DNA of 64,000 nucleotides from Planctomycetota bacterium (GTDB lineage Bacteria; Planctomycetota; B15-G4). Each line of letters starts with the position of its first letter. Position 1 is the first letter of the stretch. The notes under the pieces were generated by a model. It was not told the origin of the DNA. It searched no databases and saw nothing but the letters and a program-made list of their open reading frames with translations. The position numbers and the translations under genes are program-made. Below, piece after piece: positions 36,455 to 47,295 of this stretch. The stretch lies in contig JBQTIY010000001.1 in NCBI GenBank assembly GCA_052387675.1, positions 160,227 through 224,226 of the forward strand, written 5' to 3'.

Positions 36455-39400
36455 CGCGACGCACTCCGCAGCACGCGCACGACTCCGCCATTCGCGATGA
36501 GCACAGCGCCTTCGGTCACGGTCATCTCCGCGCGACCGGGGGCCGCGAAATCTGTCCACGCAATACTGTAGCGCTGCTCCCCGGTCCTGCCATCGACGAG
36601 TCGCAGCGTGGCCGGCACATCGCGCGTCAGCGGGTCGATGAGCAGCGCGAAGCCATCCCGGGCCGGCGCGATGCGCGGCGCGACCGCCGGAGCTTCGGGC
36701 AGGCGCAGGCTGCCCGAGGGCCGCCCGGCCGCCACATCCACCACGAGCAGGCGCGCCGGGTCGGCGGCCTCGCTCAGTGCGAGGAAGGCCACCGGTCCGG
36801 CGGACTGACCGCCGAGCACGCGCAGCGGGACTTCCGAAGTGAAGGCCTCGCCGGGGCCAAGTTCTCCCGCCAGGCTCAGCACCTGCGAGAGCCCGCTGCG
36901 GCCGTTGAGCGACGACGGCGTGCCCACCAGCACAACCCCGCCGAGGCCGTCGCCGAAGAGCAGGCCGCGCGCGAGCGAGTCGTGCACTTGCGCCTGCCAG
37001 AGCGGCTCGAAGTCCTCCGCGCGGCGCAGTTCGAGGCGCGAGCCGAAGGGCGGCTCGATCGCACCGGCCAGCAGCAGTCCGGCCGGTTCGTCCAGCGCGG
37101 AGAGCAGCGTGGGCGCCTGCCCGCCGAGAGCCACTTCGGCCGCGATGCGGCCCTTGAGCAGATCCACGCGCAGCAGGCGCGCGTCCACCGGCGTGCCGTC
37201 GCGCTGGCGATCGCGAATGCTCATGACGAGCACGCGGCCGTCGGCCAGCACCAGCCGCGCGCCGAGGCAGGGCGGCAGTTCGACGCTGCCGACGAGCGCT
37301 CCCGTCGCCGCACCGAAGCCCTCCACGATGAGGCGGCGCTGCCCCGACTCCACAACTTCCGCGAGACGCACCACGAGCCCGTCGCACAGCCCCCAGCCGC
37401 GCGAGAGACCGGAGACCGGCTGCGCCCACAGCCGTCGCCCGTCGCTCAGCGCGAGCGCCTCGAGCTGGTCTTCGCCGGTGGCGCCGCCCGCGCCGCGCCC
37501 GCGCGAGAGCTGCGCGAAGAGCCGTTCGCCGCCGAACTGCCACTCGGTGAGATCGGCCGGCCCGCTGCGACCCTCGCTGGGCCAGGCGCGCCGCCAGAGC
37601 ACGCGGTCCTGCGCCGCATCGATCAAGAAGAGCAGGCTGGAATCGCGCACCAGACCCAAGGCCACTGAGGCCAGACTCGCGCCCGGCCGGCCGGTCACGG
37701 CGGGCCACTCGATCTGCCCCTGCGACACGATGTCGTGCCGGCTCTGCTGCACGTCGGCGCTCGGGAGCGCGGGCAAGCGCGGCTGCCGCACACCGCGCGG
37801 AATCTCGGCCGCGCCGAGCTGCAGCGCCGCGGCCAGCTCCGCTTCACCCGCCGCCGCAGCGGCCTGACGCTGCAAGTCCTCGCGCAGATCCGGGTCGATG
37901 CGCCCGGCCAGTGCAGACAAGGCGGCCAGGGCTTCCGTGCCGCTGCCGGCGGCCAGCAACTCGCGCACGCGCTCCGCATGCGCCTCCACCACGGCCAGCG
38001 CCTGCGGATAGCGCGCTTCGACGGCGCGGACATCGCGCTCATCGACTGCCACGGCCAGCAGCGCCTCGGCTTCGCGCTCGAAGCGCGCGTAGTGCCCCCG
38101 CCCGTAGCGCCCCAGCAACTCACCCAGCACGGTGGTGGCGCGCACGCGCACGCTCTGCCCGGCCCAGCTCTCATCGGGCCAGCGCAGCAGCAGCTCCTGC
38201 ACCAGCGCCACGGCTGCGCCGGCTTCTTCGTCGAGCATGGCCTGCTCGGCCGAGCGCTGCGCCGCGAGCAGGCCCGCCGGCTGCGGTCCATCGCGCGTCA
38301 GGCCATCAATGGCCAGGCGCAGCTCGGGGTCGCGCTCAGCAATGCGTTCGATCCACTCCGCCACGAGCTCCTGCTCGCCGAGATTCGCCAGCGCAGACAG
38401 CGCCTCCGAAGCCAGTTCGTTCAGGCCGGCGAGACGTTCGGCGAGCTCTAGCAGCGCCTCCCAGGACTCGCGCTGCTCGTCGGCGCGCGCGCGGATGAGT
38501 TCGACCTGCAAGCGGCCCGTGCGAGCGCGCTCGAAGAGCGGGCCCGGCCCGCCCTGCAAGAGTTCGTCGTAGAAGCGCGCCGCTTCGCTGAGCCGCCCGG
38601 CCGCGAGCAGCAGTTCCGCCGAGGCGAAGCTGGCGTCGAGCGCCTCGTCGCCGCCGGCCTGCACTTCGTCCAGCGCGCGCTCGACATCCACCACGCCGTG
38701 CACGGCGCGGTCATCCACCAGCAGCAGAGCCGTACCGGCCGGCACGGCGCGGCGGGCACCGTTGGGCAGTCCGGCGGGATCCCAGGGCCGGTCCCGCAGC
38801 GGAGCCGCGCGATCCTCGAGCGGCACGGTGCGGAGTCCGCGCAGCGTGGGCACGAGCAGGACCTTGCCCGCCAGGCTGGCCGGCCCGGCCACGACATCGC
38901 GCTCCAGTTCCAGGTGCCGCTCCCAGAGCAGCGCTCCCGAATCCGCGGAGCGCACTTCAACTCGCTCGCCGCTCACCAGAATCAGGCGGCCCTCGGCATC
39001 GAGCAGGGCGTCGTGTCGCAGGTCGGGACGCCCAAACTCGGCGACGCCCAGCGTGTACTTGAGGCGGCCCGTCGCGGCATCGAGGGCCAGCAGTTGCGCG
39101 CTGTCGAGCGGCGTGACGATGAGCGTGCCGCGCACGAGGAGCGGTGGATGATTGGTCCACGGCACCGCGCGGCGCACGTCGGAGTTCGGAGAGCGGCTCG
39201 CTCGGCGCGGCATAGGCTCGTAGCCGGTGATCCAGCGCAGCCGCCCGGAGCGCGCATCGACGCAGGCCACCGAGCCCAAGTTGCTACTCACGTAGGCGGC
39301 GCCCTCGGCCAGCAGCGCGGGCGAGGCCGTGTGCTCCTGAAAAGGCCGGTTGAACATGGTCAAGTCCTGCTGGCCGGTGCACAGCAGCGTGCGCCAGAGC

Positions 39401-40674
39401 AGCGCGCCGGTTTGCAGTTCGAAGCCCACGGCATAGCTGCTGATCGCGCCGAGCGTCAGCGAACCGGCCGCCACGACGAGGCCCTCTCCCAGCGCGGGCG
39501 GGCCGGCCACGCTCAGGCGATCCAGGAAGTCGTCACCGTCCGCAGGCGCCTGCTGACGCCAGAGTTCACGGCCCGTGGCGCGGTCGAGGGCCACCAGCCG
39601 CCGCAGCGGCAACGGCCAGTTGATGGGAATGGTTTCAAAGTCGTGCAGCTTGCGGCGCGCCTCGCGGGCCTGCACCACTGCCACGAGCACGTCGCCGGCG
39701 AGCGCGGGCTCCGCGCAGAGATAGGGCGAGACGGCGCGGTCGCGCCAGCCGTCCATGTAGGTCTCGAAGCCAAACCAAGTGGAGCGGCCGCCTTCGCGCG
39801 AGAGCGTTTCCAAGGGCCCGGCGTGATGCCAGACCAGGCGCCCGCTGTGCAGTTCGCGCGCGCTGACCGAGAGCGAGTCGGCCACGAAGACCGTGCCGCC
39901 CGCGATGAGCGGCACCACCGGCCCGATGGGCGCCTCGTCTTGATCCGGCCAGCGGTCGAAGGGATTGCGCGAGACCAGCCGCGCCGCGACGAGGGGCGCG
40001 CTCCAGAGCGGACGCAGGGCGCTGCCCTCACTGAGCAGTTCGGGATCGAGGGCGCTCGCGCCCGTCGCCGCCGGCGCGGACGCGTCGGCTCCGAGCTCGT
40101 GCTCGTGCCGGGCCAGGCGCTCGGCCGCCAGCCGGCCTTCGGGGAGGCCCTCATAGCGATGCGCCAAACGCCGCAGCGCGGCCAAGTCGCGCCACGCGCT
40201 AGCCACGGCGAGTTGCTCCCGCGCGGCTTCACCAGCCAAGCCCTCCAGGACTTCGGGCTGCACGCGCGTCGACAAAAGGTAAAGCGCGTACTCGGCGGCC
40301 CCCACCCAGCGCGGCGGCTCCCCGGCCACCTGCAGCGCATCGTCGTGCGCGCCCGTGGCCAGCGCGACGAGCTGCCGCGCCGCGCCCGCTTCATCACCTT
40401 CGGCCAGCGCGGCGAGTGCGGCGTCCAGCGCCGCGCGCGCACTCGGCGACGTGCGCACGGAATAGCCCAGAAAGGGACGATCGTCCGGATCGAAGCGCCA
40501 CGACGTGTCCGGCAGCCGATCCCAGCCGGCCCAGCGCTCCTGCGCCGCGACACTGGCCGCCAGCACGGGCAGCGCGAGCACGACGCACAGCGCCAGCACA
40601 CGCAGCGACTTGAGGCTCGCAGGAAACATCTCGCTCCAACTCAGACCAGATTGCGGCGTTTGCGCACGATCCAT
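36451..40674 (-). CDS. Giant (1407 aa) secreted PQQ-like beta-propeller repeat + TPR/alpha-solenoid protein
   Basis: Signal peptide LRVLALCVVLALPVLAASVAAQ. At least 6 PQQ/BamB-type repeats (D..TGRELWRQQAP, QTGALLWRTLL, RSGRLRWITGY, DSGALLWERHL, AQDRVLWRRAWP, SDGRRLWAQPV) are split by a central A/L/E-rich helical-repeat region. Confidence 0.8.
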   Translation of the reverse strand: MDRAQTPQSGLSWSEMFPASLKSLRVLALCVVLALPVLAASVAAQERWAGWDRLPDTSWRFDPDDRPFLGYSVRTSPSARAALDAALAALAEGDEAGAARQLVALATGAHDDALQVAGEPPRWVGAAEYALYLLSTRVQPEVLEGLAGEAAREQLAVASAWRDLAALRRLAHRYEGLPEGRLAAERLARHEHELGADASAPAATGASALDPELLSEGSALRPLWSAPLVAARLVSRNPFDRWPDQDEAPIGPVVPLIAGGTVFVADSLSVSARELHSGRLVWHHAGPLETLSREGGRSTWFGFETYMDGWRDRAVSPYLCAEPALAGDVLVAVVQAREARRKLHDFETIPINWPLPLRRLVALDRATGRELWRQQAPADGDDFLDRLSVAGPPALGEGLVVAAGSLTLGAISSYAVGFELQTGALLWRTLLCTGQQDLTMFNRPFQEHTASPALLAEGAAYVSSNLGSVACVDARSGRLRWITGYEPMPRRASRSPNSDVRRAVPWTNHPPLLVRGTLIVTPLDSAQLLALDAATGRLKYTLGVAEFGRPDLRHDALLDAEGRLILVSGERVEVRSADSGALLWERHLELERDVVAGPASLAGKVLLVPTLRGLRTVPLEDRAAPLRDRPWDPAGLPNGARRAVPAGTALLLVDDRAVHGVVDVERALDEVQAGGDEALDASFASAELLLAAGRLSEAARFYDELLQGGPGPLFERARTGRLQVELIRARADEQRESWEALLELAERLAGLNELASEALSALANLGEQELVAEWIERIAERDPELRLAIDGLTRDGPQPAGLLAAQRSAEQAMLDEEAGAAVALVQELLLRWPDESWAGQSVRVRATTVLGELLGRYGRGHYARFEREAEALLAVAVDERDVRAVEARYPQALAVVEAHAERVRELLAAGSGTEALAALSALAGRIDPDLREDLQRQAAAAAGEAELAAALQLGAAEIPRGVRQPRLPALPSADVQQSRHDIVSQGQIEWPAVTGRPGASLASVALGLVRDSSLLFLIDAAQDRVLWRRAWPSEGRSGPADLTEWQFGGERLFAQLSRGRGAGGATGEDQLEALALSDGRRLWAQPVSGLSRGWGLCDGLVVRLAEVVESGQRRLIVEGFGAATGALVGSVELPPCLGARLVLADGRVLVMSIRDRQRDGTPVDARLLRVDLLKGRIAAEVALGGQAPTLLSALDEPAGLLLAGAIEPPFGSRLELRRAEDFEPLWQAQVHDSLARGLLFGDGLGGVVLVGTPSSLNGRSGLSQVLSLAGELGPGEAFTSEVPLRVLGGQSAGPVAFLALSEAADPARLLVVDVAAGRPSGSLRLPEAPAVAPRIAPARDGFALLIDPLTRDVPATLRLVDGRTGEQRYSIAWTDFAAPGRAEMTVTEGAVLIANGGVVRVLRSASR

Positions 40675-42944
40675 TCGACGGATAGCAGACCGACCAGCAG
40701 CAGCAGGGCCGGCGTGCTGGCCCAGAGTTCCTCGCGCTGCGGTTCGTCCACGGGGCGCTCGCGCACCGGATCGGAGAGCCGCTCCAGGAAGGCGGGCGCA
40801 TCCTCTAAGAGCGTGAAGCGCCCGCCACTGCCGGCCGCGAGTTCTTCGAGCAGCCGGCGATCCAGCACGGCGTCCTCAGTCTCGGCCGAAGGCACGCTCG
40901 CGGTGATCACTCGCAGCGCGCGCGGCGTGCCCGCGCCTGAGTCAGCATCCTCCAGCCACAGCCGGTAGGGCCCCGGTTCGCTGGCCACCAGCGCTCCGCG
41001 GAAGAGTCCGTCCTCCTCGCGTTCCAGCGGCAGCACTTCGCGCCGGCCGTCGGGCCGCGTGACCTGCGCCTCCACAGTCTCTGCCGCCAGCGGCTTGAAC
41101 TCGGCGTCGCGCACGCGCGCCGTGACGAGCACGCGCGCACCGAGGTCGTACTCGGCCAAATCGGTGGAGAGATCGAAGCGGTAATCGCTGCGCCGCAGTT
41201 TGTTCAGCGCCAGGTAGCGGATGAGGCCCTTCCAGAAGGGTTCGCGATAGGCCTCGAGGTAGCGGAAGCGCCAGCGCCAGGTTTCGTCGGTGGCCAGGAA
41301 GGCCGTGCGCCCCTGCGGCGCGTACATCGTGGCCAGCAGCACGTGCGGGCCGTGCGCATTGCGCGAGTTGGGATGGCTGAGCAGCACTTCCGCCGTGGCG
41401 CGGGGTTTGGCCACCGGGTAGTACCAAGTCAGCGGCGCCAGGCCGTCTTCGCCTTCCCAGAGCGCGCGGTTCACCTCCAGGTCGGGATGCAGCGTGACAA
41501 CTTCGTGCGGGTCACGCGGCCGCTCCAGCACCGGGTGAAAAGGCGTGCCCGAGTCGTGCACGTTGGCCCACTCGGTGGCGGCGTCGCCGATGAGCACCGG
41601 CAGGATGTCCTCCAGCGGCGTGCCGACGTACTCGCGCGGCGCGTCGCGCTGGCCGGCCTGCATCAGGAAGCCGCCGCCGCCCTCCACGAACTCGCGCAGA
41701 TTGCGCAGCAAGGTGTCGCTGTCGGGGCCCAGGTCGGCCGGATGCACGTCGCCAAAGATCACCACGTGGTAGGGCCGCAGGTCCTCGGCGGTGGGCGGAA
41801 AGCGCGTCAGCGCCGGCACGCCCTCAGTGGACTCCTGAATGAACTCCGGACTCGCATCGAGCAGCAGGCACTGCACATCGAGATTGCCGATGCGCAGCAG
41901 CGAGTTCTTGAGGAAGCGGTATTCGTAGCGCGGATAGCCGTCCACGTAGAGCACCTGGATGCGGCCGGGCTCCACGCGCAGCAGGCGGCGCTCGGAATTA
42001 TTGGCCACGTCGCGCTCGCCGGGCTGCGGACTCACGGTGAGGGTCAAGTCGAGGTCGCCCTCGAGTTCCGGCACGAAGCCGATGCGCACGACCTGCTCGG
42101 TGGAGCCGTCGGCGCCGGCCAGCGTGAAGGACTCCTGCGCGAGCTGGGCGCGGCCCTCTGTCTCGTTCACGCTCAGCGTGGCCACGGCGCCGGGGTAGCC
42201 GCGCGCGGCGATGGCCACTTCGAGTGTCACCGTGTCGCCCGCCAGAGCAACTTCGGGTGCCGTCACGCGCGCGATGCGCACATCGCGCGGCACTTCCGGA
42301 TCGCCGACGCCGATCGCATGCAGGGCCAGGCGGCGGCCGGCCAGCGAGGCCAGTGCCGCGCGCGGATCTCGCCCGGCATTGCTGCGGCCATCGGAGACGA
42401 CCACCACTTGCGCCACCTCGCGTCCGCGCAGCTCGGCGGCCAGCGCCGCCAGCGCATCACCCAAGCGTGTGCTGCCGTCGGCGGCCTGCAGGTCCGTCAG
42501 GCTGCCGACAGCGCGCAGCGCATCGCCGAAGGCGAAGGTGAGCAGTTCGTAACGCTCCTCGAGCGAGGCGAGCGGGCCGGCGAGCTGCGCGCGCACGACT
42601 TCGGCGCGCGTGGCGTCGGCCGGCAATCCCAGCCGCTTGGCCAACTCCGGCATATCGCGCTCGCGCAGACTGGCCGAGTCGTCCAGCAGGGCCACGGCGA
42701 CGGGCCGCTCCACGGCCACCTTCTGCCGCAGCCGCACGGGATGCATGAGAAAGAGCGCCAAGAGCGCGATGACCAGCAGCCGCAGCGTGGCCGGCAGCCA
42801 GCCGGTGCGCCGCGCCGCGCGGTCGCGGTAGAGCCAGCGCACGAAGAGCAGCGCCAGGGGCAGCAGCACGAGCGCCAGCACCCAGACCGGCGGCGCGTTG
42901 AGCAGCTCGATGCGGGTCATTTCCAGCACGGGCGACTGGCTCAT
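40641..42944 (-). CDS. Membrane protein with BatA-like N-terminal TM region, vWA-like domain and C-terminal TM anchor
   Basis: VWVLALVLLPLALLFVRWLYRDR..LLVIALLALFLMHP (aerotolerance-regulator-N-like), VAVALLDDSASL (a vWA MIDAS-like DxSxS), C-terminal LLLLVGLLSVEWIVRKRR. 4-nt overlaps on both sides. Confidence 0.65.
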   Translation of the reverse strand: MSQSPVLEMTRIELLNAPPVWVLALVLLPLALLFVRWLYRDRAARRTGWLPATLRLLVIALLALFLMHPVRLRQKVAVERPVAVALLDDSASLRERDMPELAKRLGLPADATRAEVVRAQLAGPLASLEERYELLTFAFGDALRAVGSLTDLQAADGSTRLGDALAALAAELRGREVAQVVVVSDGRSNAGRDPRAALASLAGRRLALHAIGVGDPEVPRDVRIARVTAPEVALAGDTVTLEVAIAARGYPGAVATLSVNETEGRAQLAQESFTLAGADGSTEQVVRIGFVPELEGDLDLTLTVSPQPGERDVANNSERRLLRVEPGRIQVLYVDGYPRYEYRFLKNSLLRIGNLDVQCLLLDASPEFIQESTEGVPALTRFPPTAEDLRPYHVVIFGDVHPADLGPDSDTLLRNLREFVEGGGGFLMQAGQRDAPREYVGTPLEDILPVLIGDAATEWANVHDSGTPFHPVLERPRDPHEVVTLHPDLEVNRALWEGEDGLAPLTWYYPVAKPRATAEVLLSHPNSRNAHGPHVLLATMYAPQGRTAFLATDETWRWRFRYLEAYREPFWKGLIRYLALNKLRRSDYRFDLSTDLAEYDLGARVLVTARVRDAEFKPLAAETVEAQVTRPDGRREVLPLEREEDGLFRGALVASEPGPYRLWLEDADSGAGTPRALRVITASVPSAETEDAVLDRRLLEELAAGSGGRFTLLEDAPAFLERLSDPVRERPVDEPQREELWASTPALLLLVGLLSVEWIVRKRRNLV

Positions 42945-45151
42945 CGCGGCGCTCCGAGCGAGCGCGCCAGCAGGGATTCCAGCAGCGCAGCACCCAGCAG
43001 CGCCCAGAGCAGCGCGGCGGCGAGACTGCCATCGCCCGGCGCGGCGGGTTCCTCTTCGTCTTCAGCCGCTTCCTCGCCGCGCTCCCACTCCACGCCGGCG
43101 AAGGCCGCGTCGAGTGTGGTTTCATCAGCGAGGCGCAGATCGCCCTCGCGCGCATCGGGATAGGCCGCCAGCGCAAAGTTTTGGCGTGCGCCGGCCGCCT
43201 CGGAGCGCACTTCGAGCAGGTAGGCACCTGGCTCGTCGAGCGGCGTGCCCTCCAGGCGCAAGAGCGATTTGCGCGCCGAGCGTTCATCGAGCGGCACGAC
43301 ATCCGGGCGGTCGATGCTCGTCACGGCGCGGCTCGGCCAAGTGAGCTGCGCCGAAGTCGGCACGCCGTCCACGACCACACTCGGGCCCTGGCCCACCGGC
43401 ACATTGCTGAGTCCCGCTTCGGGCGCCACGAGCGCCGAGAGCAGTTCGTGCACCAGCGGCACCCACAGCGCGGGGTTGCGCGGCAGGAGCGACCAGCGCG
43501 TGTCGGCCGAAGTGCCGCAGAGCAGGATGCGCCCGCGGCCCAGCCGGCCTTCAACCAGCGCCGGCTCGGTGCGGCCAAGTGAGTCGGCGAAGGAGGCCAG
43601 CACCTGCGTCTCGGGCAAGGGTTCGAGGCGCCGCCAGGCAAAGATCGGCACATCGAGCAAAACCGAAAGGCGCGGATCGGAGAAGAGCGCCAGTGCTGCG
43701 GGCGCTGGTTCGGGCAGCGCCAGCGTGACGTAGTCCTCGCCCGAGCGGCCGCCCGGATCGCCCAATGTCTCGGCGCCGATGCGCGCAGGCAGCAGGCCCA
43801 GCGGCAAGAGCCGCTCTTCCCAGAGCCGGCTGTCCACGTTCTCGCCTAGAAAAATGAGCAGCGGCGTGCCGGCGCGCACAGCGAGCGCCAGCGACTCCGC
43901 GGCCGTGGCGGAAATCGCGCCGACATCGGCCAGCACGATGGCGTCGGCGGCCGCCAGCGCCGCACCGGCCTCGTCGAGGCGGCTGGCCTCCACGACGTTG
44001 GGCCGGTAGCGGCCGTCGAGTTCCTCCGGAGCGAGCGCCAAGCGCAAATAGTCGGTGGCTCCGGAAAGCGGCGAGGCATCGCCGGGCGCGCCGTCCACGA
44101 GCAGCACGTCCAAAGCCTGCCGGAGTTCGAAGGCCAGCGTGCGCGCATCGTCCAGCGGCAGTTCGTCGGCGTCGATGCGGAAGCTCAAGTGATGCGGGCC
44201 GGGCGTGTCGATGCGCAGGCGGACGGTGGCCGTGGCCTCGCCGAGCGGCGCGAGTTCGAGGCGCTGCCGGCCGCGCGGCTCGCCGTCGAGCAGAAAGACG
44301 CCTTCGACCGAGGCCGCGGCGTTCTCCGACCAGTTGCGCACCACGGCGGCAAAGCTGACCGGTTCGCCGGAGAGCAAGAGCGGCTCTTGCGCCTCGAGCG
44401 CGAGCACGCCCAGATTGGCGGTGCCCAAGTCGGTGCCGACCGTGGGCAGCAGGCGCAGCGAGCCGCCGCCCGTGGCGAAGGTCTCGCCGAAGAGCGAGCC
44501 CAGCGCACCGGGCGCCATGGTCCAGGAGAGGCGTTGCAGGTCGCTGAGGATCAGGATGTCGAGCCGGCCGGGGCGGGCCGCGCGCACGCGGTCGCGCACG
44601 AAGCGCGCGGCGGCCACGAAGTCCGCCACGCCGGCGGGCGCGGGCAACTCGCCCTCCAGCGCCGCAACAGCCATCGAGGGCGGCGCGCCGATCGGGGCGG
44701 GCAGCGCGGTGGCGCCGCCCAGGAAAACGAGGCTCACGGCATCGCCGCGATCGTCGGAGAGCCGGTCGAGGCGGCGCCTCAAACTGGAGAGCGCGCGATC
44801 GTCGGCGGTCACTCCGGGGGCCACGAGCCGCCCCATGCTGCCGCTGCGATCGAGCAGCACCACGACTTCGCGGCGCCCGCCGGTCACCAGCGCGAGCGGG
44901 CTGTCCTCCGGAACGAAGGGCAGCGCCATGGCCAGCGCCGCGAGCAGCACCAGCAGGCAGCGCAGCAAGAGGAGCAGCAGGCTCTCCAGACGCAGCCGGC
45001 GGCGGCGCTGCGCGAAGGCCTCTTGCAGAAAGCGCATAGCCGCGAAGGGCTGCACGACGAAGCGCCGCCGGTTGAGCAGGTGGATCAGCAGCGGCACGGC
45101 GATGAGCGCCGCACCCCAGAGCATGAGCGGCGAGCCGAAGGCGAAGTTCAT
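42941..45151 (-). CDS. BatA-like protein: aerotolerance-regulator N-terminal domain + vWA domain + long extension + C-terminal TM
   Basis: N-terminal MNFAFGSPLMLWGAALIAVPLLIHLLNRRRF (BatA_N), VVVLLDRSGSMG (vWA MIDAS), C-terminal hydrophobic LAAALLWALLGAALL. Confidence 0.7.
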   Translation of the reverse strand: MNFAFGSPLMLWGAALIAVPLLIHLLNRRRFVVQPFAAMRFLQEAFAQRRRRLRLESLLLLLLRCLLVLLAALAMALPFVPEDSPLALVTGGRREVVVLLDRSGSMGRLVAPGVTADDRALSSLRRRLDRLSDDRGDAVSLVFLGGATALPAPIGAPPSMAVAALEGELPAPAGVADFVAAARFVRDRVRAARPGRLDILILSDLQRLSWTMAPGALGSLFGETFATGGGSLRLLPTVGTDLGTANLGVLALEAQEPLLLSGEPVSFAAVVRNWSENAAASVEGVFLLDGEPRGRQRLELAPLGEATATVRLRIDTPGPHHLSFRIDADELPLDDARTLAFELRQALDVLLVDGAPGDASPLSGATDYLRLALAPEELDGRYRPNVVEASRLDEAGAALAAADAIVLADVGAISATAAESLALAVRAGTPLLIFLGENVDSRLWEERLLPLGLLPARIGAETLGDPGGRSGEDYVTLALPEPAPAALALFSDPRLSVLLDVPIFAWRRLEPLPETQVLASFADSLGRTEPALVEGRLGRGRILLCGTSADTRWSLLPRNPALWVPLVHELLSALVAPEAGLSNVPVGQGPSVVVDGVPTSAQLTWPSRAVTSIDRPDVVPLDERSARKSLLRLEGTPLDEPGAYLLEVRSEAAGARQNFALAAYPDAREGDLRLADETTLDAAFAGVEWERGEEAAEDEEEPAAPGDGSLAAALLWALLGAALLESLLARSLGAPR

Positions 45152-46140
45152 CGGCGGCCCAGCCGCGTGCGGCGCGCCGCGAGATAGGCCGAGAGCGCCA
45201 CTTCAAGCGGCGTGGACGTGTCGAGCAAGTGGTAGTCCGCGCCGGCGCGTCCGCAAACTCCGCGCACTTGAACCCGCCAGCGCTCGAGCGCCTCCAAATA
45301 GCCGGTGCGCAGCGCCAGCGGATCAATGAGCAGCCGCTGCGTTTCTTCCAGGCCCTCGAAGCGCGTCAGCCGGTCGAAGGGAAAGCGCAGCTCATCACCG
45401 TGCAGCACGTGCAGCACGATGGCGTCATGCCGGCGCGCGACGAGCGCGCCCAAGCCCAGCGAGAGCGCTTCGACATCGCCGAGCAGGTCGCTCACGATGA
45501 CCACCAGCCCCGGACGCGCGACGCGCTCGGCCACGCGCTGCAGGGCGACGCCGAGGTCGGTGACGCCCTCCGGCCGCCGCTCGACCAGCGCAGCCAGGAT
45601 CGGCTCGAGATGCGCGGGCGCCGTGGAGGCCGGCACAACGCGGTTGAGCACCTGATCAAAAAGCGCCAGCGCCGCGCCGTCGCGCACGCGCAGCACAAGC
45701 TGCGCGATCGAGGCCGCGACCTGGCAGGCGTAGTCATACTTGGTTGCTGCGGTGCCAACCGCGCCCGCGCCCGCGTCACGTCCGTCGGGCGCCGCCGGAT
45801 AGGCCATCGAGGCGCTGCCGTCCACCACCAGCGTGCACTCGAGGTTGGTCTCCTCTTCGTAGCGCTTGATGGCCAGGCGGTCGTTGCGCGCATAGGCCTT
45901 CCAGTCGAGATGGCGCAGGTCATCGCCCTGCACGTAGGGCCGCCGCTCCACGAACTCCACCGACACGCCGCGCTTGGGGCTGCGGTGATGTCCGGCCAGA
46001 AAACCTTCGACCGCGCGACGCGCCGCCAACGTGAGCTGCGCGATGCGTTCGGCGACGGCCGGATCGGGGCGCAGCGAGCGGCCGGCGCGGCTGGGCGCAT
46101 CCGGCCGGCGCGATGACGGCGAGGAGGACTCGGGCGTCAT
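45148..46140 (-). CDS. DUF58 domain protein (MoxR-associated vWA-like)
   Basis: Start MTPESS at 46140. ...RGVSVEFVERRPYVQGDDLRHLDWKAYARNDRLAIKRYEEETNLECTLVVDGSASM is the diagnostic DUF58 core. The ORF-track N-terminal extension is spurious. Confidence 0.85.
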   Translation of the reverse strand: MTPESSSPSSRRPDAPSRAGRSLRPDPAVAERIAQLTLAARRAVEGFLAGHHRSPKRGVSVEFVERRPYVQGDDLRHLDWKAYARNDRLAIKRYEEETNLECTLVVDGSASMAYPAAPDGRDAGAGAVGTAATKYDYACQVAASIAQLVLRVRDGAALALFDQVLNRVVPASTAPAHLEPILAALVERRPEGVTDLGVALQRVAERVARPGLVVIVSDLLGDVEALSLGLGALVARRHDAIVLHVLHGDELRFPFDRLTRFEGLEETQRLLIDPLALRTGYLEALERWRVQVRGVCGRAGADYHLLDTSTPLEVALSAYLAARRTRLGRR

Positions 46141-46156
46141 CCCCGACCCTCGGGGC

Positions 46157-47200
<1,044 letters not shown>

Positions 47201-47295
47201 CGAGTGTGCTCCGCGGTCATCGAGGGCGAACGCGCCGACCGCGTGTGCCGTTGGGAAATCCTGGCGCGAGTATACGGAGCCGGCCCTCGCCTCGC

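Noticed and set aside
36451-40674. Possibility that the 1407-aa propeller protein is a PQQ-dependent dehydrogenase
   Set aside because: Only the structural PQQ/BamB-type blade motif is present. The protein's size, the interrupting helical-repeat region and the lack of quinoprotein active-site features argue for a non-catalytic scaffold.
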